Below are positions 54,859 through 64,000 of a DNA stretch of 64,000 bases, in pieces; position 1 is the stretch's first letter; every line of letters starts with the position of its first letter. The stretch covers positions 67,518,001-67,582,000 of the forward strand of contig OZ024743.1 of assembly GCA_964016885.1 (NCBI GenBank), in the 5' to 3' direction. The DNA comes from Eledone cirrhosa (lineage: Eukaryota). The position numbers were made by a program, and so were the translations under genes. Below the pieces are notes generated by a model. That model saw only the letters and a list, made by a program, of their open reading frames with translations, made no database searches and was not told where the DNA came from.

Positions 54859-56339
54859 TCGCTTAGCTCGGCAATTTATTCAAATTAGGGAAAACCTTTG
54901 CTGGGATACACGCATGCACACGCGCATGTGCTGCATTTTAATTATGACTGTAGATCCATATTCTTCATCGTTGGTGTATATTTTAATGACTGCGCATTCT
55001 AATGGAACTTGTGGAGGGGGTTTACGAATTTGTTCCGAAAAGCAACATTTCCGTTAACATCCAATTACCTTTCCTGTAAAGTTCCAAAGTAAAATGATAG
55101 TCCTAACAAGGCAATGAACAGGTATTGATGTCTTCTATATTCCCATCAATTTGACTCGTCATTCAGGTCCGGTGATTCAATCCTAGATTCACTGAGACTG
55201 TAGTGGGATGATTTCCGATATTGATTGAACCAGTCTTTTGAACATGACACTGACTAGAATCATTCCAGCAATGGACAAATATGTTATACCATTTCAGTTA
55301 GAACATAACATAATTGTTTCTGCTGTGTTTCTAGATAACATATTTATTGTATGGACCCATGACTCCTCATAAAACGTAATGGCACTCTATTGTCATACTG
55401 CATAACTTAGCCATTTTAAAACCAGACTGAGTTTATCTACTCACCAGGTCTGCACACAACCGAATTCTTCCAGAAAAGAAGAGAGATTGAGATAGAGAGG
55501 AATTGAGGAGATATATAAAGGACAAATTAGTATTATTGGACTAGTTCTTTTTATCCACCACGAGGGTATGAACGGCAACGTTGATCTCATGTATAGGGTG
55601 GGTACTAAATTCAGGCCACAGAGCACTTGGTCGACGAATACAGAGCAATTTATTGGATATTATATAGAGTCAGCTAATTCGCCACCTAACGGGGGACGTT
55701 TGTCTCGTATAAATGTTCAGATATGTGTTTCTCTTACGACGTTTCTGTGCAGAGGTAATCACCTTAGATTAAAACCCATTCTAAATAATTTTGAAGTATA
55801 TACAACCCAACAAACCAGGAATATATACCACGTCATACAGCATAAATTTAGCGGCAAGCGTAAGGTATATTTTGAGAACTAATCATTAAACACTTTCTAA
55901 ACAGTTATTTTCACTATTGGTTATATAATGGAAACAATACAAAAATTATCCACAGCTGCAATCGGAAGCCAAGATATGCCATTCTAAATACGCAAGTAGC
56001 CAACTACGCTCATGAGAAAACATATATTTGCAATTGATGAATGTCATGCCCGGAGAATGGCTATAGAATAGCAAATGACATTTATAAATCTACAACACCA
56101 TGAGGAACTTTCAAATCTTGATATATGCAACACATGTATATATATTCTACAACATATACAGTTATAAGGTTCGCGGAAAGAAAATTCAAAGCAACATAAC
56201 AGGCGGTCGACAAGATCCCAGACCTCACTCGCTTAACGAGTGAGCTGGGGCTCGTCAAATGGGACTGGGGAAAGAATGTTTCCGCTGGTCTTTCCAATTG
56301 CTAATTATATCTACCGGTCGCAAATACACGCAGAATGAG

Positions 56340-56455
56340 TAAAGTGAAATATAGTCTCATCCGCTAGGACAAAACGCATTTCCCAGTATGAGAATCGAGC
56401 TTACAACCACGCGGTTGCGAATCCAATTCTCTAACCACTCAGCCACGCACCTTCA
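56340..56455 (-). mobile_element. Family A SINE head
   Basis: ttgcgaatccaattctctaaccactcagccacgcaccttca, nearly identical to 2775-2815. Confidence 0.8.
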
Positions 56456-56529
56456 CTGGCCTACAAAAGATGTAATATAATGTACGTATTTAATGTATCT
56501 TCATACATCAATGGGTTCAAAATAAACAA

Positions 56530-56695
56530 AATACCACTTACTATCATCGGTAAATAAGACTTTTGTCAAACTAGTACAAAATATCACTTACTATATTGTA
56601 TCGTAGGTAAATAAGACTTTTGTCAAACTAGTACAAAATAGTGTTTGCAATATTATATCATCGGTAAATAAGACTGTTGTCAATCTAGTACAACA
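56530..56695. repeat. Three ~57-bp tandem units
   Basis: ggtaaataagact(t/g)ttgtcaa(a/t)ctagtacaa x3. Confidence 0.85.
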
Positions 56696-56948
56696 TACAC
56701 ACAATTCCTTCACAATATGACCGAAAATTTATTCCACTGAAAGTAAAAACAAATTCGACATGCAGAAGCTGTTTTCATGTATATTAAAGTGATTAGTTTC
56801 TCCTCTTTAAATTGCCTTACATAATATATAATTAATGTACACAAGGTTATAGTTGAAGGATTTCAGCATAAACAGCTGCTTACAAAACGAGACAGTATGG
56901 CGACAGATCATAATATAAAACAACGGTATGAACCGCATAGAATTATAG

Positions 56949-57017
56949 ATATGCACAAACAAATATACGTCTGTAGACAAAGGAAAACTTACACGTATAC
57001 ACAAATATTTTCAAACA

Positions 57018-57099
<82 letters not shown>

Positions 57100-57267
57100 C
57101 GGTTATGCACGAGTGCATTAATGTTTTCCAGGACACAGTGTTATATACCGTGTAGAGGAATATATAATATTATAGATGTAGCGAGATCTAGGCAAATATA
57201 TGTCTATTGAAACGTACGTAAGAACCGAATAAATCTCTTTTACTGCATCTTTCTGTTCTTTTTAATT

Positions 57268-57334
<67 letters not shown>

Positions 57335-57410
57335 TGTGTGTGTGTGTATGAACATATTTGTGTATACGTGTAAGTTTTCCTTTCCCTACAGACGTATATT
57401 TATGCATATA
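56949..57410. repeat. Inverted repeat (~80-bp arms plus TA tracts) around a pLTR-like fragment with an HHR 3' half
   Basis: aaatatacgtctgtag..aaggaaaacttacacgtatacacaaatat vs its reverse complement at 57350-57401; inside, taggca/tgtcta-GAAA-cgtacg-TA..aataaa (57189-57233). Confidence 0.75.
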
Positions 57411-57421
57411 TATATATATAT

Positions 57422-57545
<124 letters not shown>

Positions 57546-57664
57546 TAGCTAGCCCGTCCGGCTGGCGTCCGGCTACCATTTGTGTGTTCTACGGCATCCA
57601 GATATATATATATAGCTGACGTACCTAGCTTCGCTTGGATAAACAGACGATAAGCCGTCTGTGT

Positions 57665-57822
57665 AGTATAGTATGACTGTTGAATACATATAGTATAGCA
57701 TAGTATTACTGTTGAAAATATATAGTATAATATTACTGTTGAAAACATATAGTATAGCATTACTGTTGAAAATATATGGTATAGTATTATTGTTGAAAAT
57801 ATATAGTATTACTGTTGAAAAG
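57665..57822. repeat. ~28-bp minisatellite
   Basis: tactgttgaaaatatatagtata units x6. Confidence 0.9.
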
Positions 57823-57847
57823 ATGTACACGAATATATATATATATA

Positions 57848-58662
57848 CTATCAGGAGTACCCAGCGTTGCCTGGGTAGGTAAAATAATGTCTGCTTTGAT
57901 GAAAAGGTGTTGATCTTAGCGACTGCTTCTCGATGACGCATCTATGGCCACAGACAAGCCATGCGTGGGAGGGTGGTGATGACCTCTACCACTGAGAAAC
58001 GCGAGTGACTGACGTATGGGCATGCTGGGGGAGGGAGTTTCGAATTTGAACGAAATCGGTTGAAAAATGTGGGAGCTAGAGCCGAAAAGACCGAAATTTG
58101 AGCGAAAAGGTGGTATATCGAATATTTAAGCGGCTGCCACTTCGTTCCTTAACAAAAAATCCAAAATGTAAAGCTACTGTAAGACGGGAAATAATCAGAT
58201 CTAGCGTAGTCTAAAATTTGAACAAAGTAGGTTGATTAATGTGGGAGCTAGAGACGAAAAAGTGGAAATTTGTGTCTAAAAGTGGTATTTCTGAATATTT
58301 AAGCGGCTGCCACACCGTCCCTGAATAACAAATGCAACATATATAGCCATTACAGCATGTGCTATGACAAATTCTATTTTGCTTTAACATTTAAACGAAA
58401 TCGGTGGCAAAACTTTGGAGCTAGAGCCAAAAATCTTATATTTCGTTACCTAAAAAAAGGTGACCCCCTACCGATTTTTATCTCCAGAATGACCCCGGAG
58501 TAAAAAAAACGATACGCTGATATATAGAAAACACTCCCCGATGATTAATCTATGAGCCTGTAACGTTTCATGAAAATCGGTCGTAAGATGTAAGCCCCCT
58601 ACTGGTAATACACAGACACACACATACACACGCATACTTAATTTTATATATATATATACAGA
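57848..58662 (-). mobile_element. Non-autonomous Helitron with three ~173-bp internal repeats
   Basis: Minus strand starts A|TC, ends with hairpin acccaggcaacgctgggt then ctgATAG|T (CTAG variant); internal aatttgaacgaaatcgg..ggagctagagcc repeats at ~58043, 58215 and 58389. Confidence 0.75.
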
Positions 58663-58721
58663 TATATAATGAAGAATGAAGAGTACCATGGTTGGCTGTA
58701 CAACAAGGGGCTTTATTTCAG

Positions 58722-58832
58722 GTATTGACAATTGTTTCATTGATCAGGTGAGTCTCGAGGTCGCTAATCGCTTGAAGTTGCGTCACTCGATCTCCATTAC
58801 ATTATTTACCTCTTATCAACTCATCAGAATAC
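58722..58832 (-). ncRNA. Type I hammerhead ribozyme, intact core, GUC site (H7)
   Basis: Reverse strand gtatt-CTGATGA-gttgat...atcaat-GAAA-caattg-TC-aatac..aaataaa. Confidence 0.88.
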
Positions 58833-58907
58833 GAAGATATAAAACTAATTCACTCGAGGCAAGATATATATAGAAGAGTAGGGTATAATCAAAACAATAA
58901 CATCAAT

Positions 58908-59122
58908 AACGGTTTCTTATATAGACACAAGGCCAGCAATTTTGGGGGGAGGGAAAAGTCGATGAAATTGACCCCAGTGCGTGACTGGTACTTTATTTTA
59001 TCGACCCCGTAAGGATGAAAGGCAAAGTTAACCTCGGCGGGATTTGAACTCAGATCATAAATGGCCGTACCTCTACGCAGCAACGCATGGCGTCCGACCC
59101 TCTACCGATACTGCCAATCCAT
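58908..59122 (-). mobile_element. Family B SINE (long form) in the H7 spacer
   Basis: Full head-to-tail match to 3107-3328. Confidence 0.9.
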
Positions 59123-59373
59123 CGTCCTCCAAAAGCATTAATAATAAAATATATATGATAAATAATATTTACATGCTCCCACTTGTCTTTATTTATGTTT
59201 TTATATTTTCCATTTTCTTACTTTTTTAATGTATCTTTTCTTATCTTTTACTTTTTAATTTTTACATCTGTATTTATCATATATATTTTACATATATATT
59301 TGATGTTATTGTTTTGATTATACGCTACTCTTCTATATATATCTTGCCTCGAGTGAATTATTTTTATATCTTT

Positions 59374-59484
59374 GTATTCTGATGAGTTGACAAGAGGTAA
59401 ATAATGTAATGGAGTTCGAGTGACGCAACTTCAAGCGATTAGCGACCTCGAGACTCACCTGATCAATGAAACAATTGTCAATAC
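59374..59484 (+). ncRNA. Type I hammerhead ribozyme, intact core, GUC site (H7)
   Basis: gtatt-CTGATGA-gttga...tcaat-GAAA-caattg-TC-aatac-ctgaaataaa. Confidence 0.88.
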
Positions 59485-59701
59485 CTGAAATAAAGCCCCT
59501 TGATGTACAGCCAACCATGTTACTCTTCATTCTTTCACTATTATTACTCCAAGTATAACCTACATAGGAATTACTGCGAACTCACTGCTTAACTATGGAA
59601 ACATCTTGTTGAGTCAAACAAAGCCGTACGTTAAAACTATCCGCGACGCAGAGTACTCACAACACCTCTAACTGGATTACCTATCAGGATAACTTTTTAC
59701 C

Positions 59702-59785
<84 letters not shown>

Positions 59786-59803
59786 TTAAAAGTTGGTTAG
59801 ATG

Positions 59804-60094
59804 CGAAGTCAATGCAGACAGGCAGACATAGAGACACATATATTATAAGCGCGCGTCGTTATAGCTATGCATCTATCTAAAAAGACAGAGTAAGAAAGAG
59901 AGAGGAATGTCGTATCATATAGGTTATATATAATAAAGTACCAGTAATGTACTGAGATAATTGCTGGGCTTTTGCCAAAAGTAGAAACAATTATACTTAT
60001 TTTTTATAAAACTGTAAATAACATGTTTATGTATGTATATATACGTATATATACGTATAAACGAATGGTGTAATAAAATGTACAAATTAAACTG

Positions 60095-60163
<69 letters not shown>

Positions 60164-60325
60164 ATATATATATACACTATATATATACATATATACACAC
60201 ACATACATCGAAGTCAATGTAAATATGCAGACAACCAGACATACAGAGACATATAAGGGCGTGACGTTATATCTATGTATCTATCTAAAAAGACAGACTA
60301 AGAAAGAGAGAGGTATGTCGTATAA
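59804..60325. repeat. ~110-bp direct duplication separated by a SINE tail and (TA)n
   Basis: cgaagtcaatg..cagaca..atctatctaaaaagacaga.taagaaagagagagg.atgtcgtat at 59804-59915 and 60209-60323. Confidence 0.85.
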
Positions 60326-60491
60326 CCCGATGTGTTGACATTTGAAAATTTTAAAGAAGTGAATATTTAAATAATATCTTTAATCTTTTAACAAATTTTA
60401 TTACACAAAAATACCCTCACTTTCTTACTTGCAAAAAGTTACATCTATGGTGCAAATTTGGTGCTGTTTGATTCAACCGTCAGGCCATCAG

Positions 60492-60539
<48 letters not shown>

Positions 60540-60540
<1 letters not shown>

Positions 60541-61200
60541 AGAGGTCCTGAGCTGCTTCGACTGTATCTTCCAGAAGAGCAATGTCATCTGAATTGTCAA
60601 GATCATGGAACACAATGTCTTGATGAACTTGACTCCAACGTCTCCTGGTTCTACCGTCAGTATCTTCTGCTGGTTCAACTATAACGTTTGTTCAGGAGTT
60701 TAGGTAACTGGGTGGTTATAGTGACTCTAAGCATCATACGTCTAACACAATTGGTCAATCATGGAGTGCAATAAATTTACTACAAAACGTCTGGAAGGGT
60801 TGCATGCCAAGATTTACGAAGCGCAAGGTCTTCAAGGATAGTCTCGAGACCATCATGCTATATGGATCAGAGTTCTGGACTCACAGTGTCGTCCCCTCGA
60901 GGAGACGATGTTTGCTACAGGAGTAGTTTACGTGTCGTGTTCCACATGTCGTAGGAAAGTCACATTACAAACAAGATTCATGGTGATCTGCCGCGAGTTT
61001 CATCAACAGTTGGTCCCTTGCTGATAAGATTTCCCGCTATGATGAACATGCAGGGAATCTGCTTTTCTGGCCACGTCACCAAATGCAAAATACCTAATAG
61101 GATATCCAAACATAACCATCATGACTCTGTTGGCGAGGGACAATCACCATACTGGATAGGTTCTACTTAGTATGGGGAGTAATCTGGAAGTCTGAAACAA
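60540..61200 (+). mobile_element. Highly decayed RTE fragment
   Basis: accatcatgctatatggatcagag (TIMLYGSE) and ttttctggccac (FSGH) motifs. Confidence 0.45.
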
Positions 61201-61490
61201 GAACTTTGTACATGCTTCCAATTTGCCTCCGGCAAATTTGAAGCATGTTCAAATAAAAGAATATAAATATATATATATATATTTATCACTAGATAGAAAT
61301 ATCGATAGATATATAGATATATAGATAGATAGATATAGATACATTAAACGAGTGGATGTCTCTCCATTGTAAGACCTCGGGATGATTCGGATGATTCGGC
61401 TGGTTACCGCTTATATATATAGATTGAATTTAATATAGAAATAGCTACTACACCGCTAGAACTTTTTCCTTCAAAAGAAATCATCAGGAA

Positions 61491-61557
<67 letters not shown>

Positions 61558-61560
<3 letters not shown>

Positions 61561-61863
61561 GAGGTTATATTTAATTTGATGGTATTCACCAAGCTTAACA
61601 ATTTGTATAACTGATATAAAGCACTCAACAGCTTAGTGGAGTAAATACACAATATTTTAATAAGTGGAAACTATATTTATAAAAACATATTTATTTTATT
61701 ATACATATTTCAAGGGCAACCAAGGCAAATTTCCGCGTATGTCAATATTTATTTATAAAACAAATCTGTATTTTATCTGATGAAAGTGCACCATAATTTG
61801 CCTTGGTTGCCCTTGAAATAGGTATAATAAAATAAATATGGTTTTATAAATATAATTTCCATT

Positions 61864-61868
<5 letters not shown>
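61558..61868. mobile_element. H1-family fold-back unit in (TA)n
   Basis: 61558-61730 is the minus-strand 3' end with half an HHR; 61740-61868 is the plus copy. Confidence 0.8.
61769..61834 (+). ncRNA. Minimal type I hammerhead ribozyme (H1)
   Basis: tattttat-CTGATGA-aagtgcacca..tggttgccctt-GAAA-taggta-TA-ataaaata; perfect 8-bp stem I. Confidence 0.8.
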
Positions 61869-61926
<58 letters not shown>

Positions 61927-62457
61927 TAATAAAACCAATTCAAAAATGCGGCCCATGTCACTGACGCCAAATGAAATCCCGCTGTTAAATAAAGTACAAA
62001 TACGAGGGTAGATTCGAACTTTATCTGTCTATTTCTATAGCAGAAATCGGCTGTGTTTTGATTTGGAGAAGGATGGCATTCATTAGGTTTAAAATGTCCC
62101 AGACATTACGGATTAGCTACGACTCAATTATGTACGTTAAACACATCTGTATGAAGCGATGCACACATATACGCAGATGTTTGTGCTTTAAACTGTCTCA
62201 CTCATAAAAAAAAAACATCCATAGAAGCTTCCAGACATACTCCATACATACACAGATACAAGCACACGCACACAAACTTATATCCATAAAATAAAAAGAG
62301 ACATATAACTTCATATATAAGCGTATAAATAACTTAGATAAGAATACAATAAAAATTGTAACTGATACAGGAGAAGCCGGATAGAGAAATGAACGCACTC
62401 ACACAAAACATTTATATATATATTTATATATATGTATAGAGAGAGAAAGGCTTTCAA

Positions 62458-62497
<40 letters not shown>

Positions 62498-62607
62498 TTA
62501 TTTATTTGTTTATTTATTTATATATTTATTTATTGCACAGATTAAAGTTTAAGCAAAGAATCGCTGCTTTCGCCCTTTTACGGGGTATGTATGCATATAT
62601 ATATATA

Positions 62608-62661
<54 letters not shown>

Positions 62662-63197
62662 CGCACACGCAGTCATACATATATATTCACACATATATAT
62701 ATATGAGTTTGTGGTTGTATATATATGTAAATATATGTACGTTTACTTTTTGCAACTTAGCAATTCAACAAAATGAGATCGAAAACTTTTCGATAACTTT
62801 TAGTACGAAACCATTAATAGAATAAAAGTAAAAATGATATGCATCCACGCATACACGCATGCATGCACGCATACACGCATACATACACGCATACTCGCAT
62901 GCATGCACGCACATACGCAGGCTCGCTCATACGAATATACGCATACGTGCAAATACCTTGACACGCACAAACTCGTCCACACACGGACGTTTCGGCTATC
63001 AAAGATTGGCAATAGTCTCCATTATTTCTCAATTATTAGAGCAGTCAGCCGGCATATCATAGATATGAGGTTCGATTCCTTGTAGAGAATGGTGACCAAA
63101 TTTTTTCCGACAATATTTGTATTTCAGCCGATATTCGAGGGTTTTATAGCAACTAAAACTGTACCTACAGTTATTTACAAATTCTGAGGTACCTAAA

Positions 63198-63970
<773 letters not shown>

Positions 63971-64000
63971 CAATGTTTTAGCTTGTGTAATATTTAAGTA

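Larger units (their letters stand above)
58669..59537. mobile_element. ORF-less fold-back pLTR-like pair (family H7)
   Basis: ~236-bp arms 58669-58906 and 59300-59537. Confidence 0.88.

Noticed and set aside
58676-59530. Twin 65-aa ORFs MKS(T/N)MVGCT on opposite strands
   Set aside because: They are the two arms of the H7 inverted repeat read antisense to the ribozyme; the similarity reflects duplication, not coding constraint.

Overview
Eukaryotic, gene-poor, AT-rich DNA dominated by (TA)n, (CA)n, (GA)n and (GATA)n microsatellites and by retroelements. The SINE content (tRNA-headed MetaSINE-like and CORE-like families) and the microsatellite load suggest a coleoid cephalopod such as Octopus; this is inference. 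No host protein-coding gene can be supported, and most ORF-track entries are microsatellite translations. Recognisable elements are a near full-length but decayed Tx1/L1-clade LINE embedded in a (GATA)n tract, three Penelope-like elements (PLEs; RT and/or GIY-YIG), several RTE fragments (one with a twin-priming-type 5' inversion), about 25 SINE copies, a mariner-type MITE and a non-autonomous Helitron. The main hidden signal is about 20 minimal type I hammerhead ribozyme (HHR) motifs of the form stem I-CTGAnGA-stem II-GAAA-palindromic stem III-UH-stem I. They come from roughly ten unrelated sequence families, and about half have an intact or near-intact core. They sit in short ORF-less PLE pseudo-LTR (pLTR)/retrozyme-like units inserted in (TA)n tracts. 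These units are repeatedly arranged as fold-back pairs with one ribozyme on each strand, and once as a 425-bp tandem. Snap-back palindromes also recur at insertion junctions of SINE, RTE and PLE copies. All calls were made by eye; element boundaries are approximate and ribozyme activity is untested.
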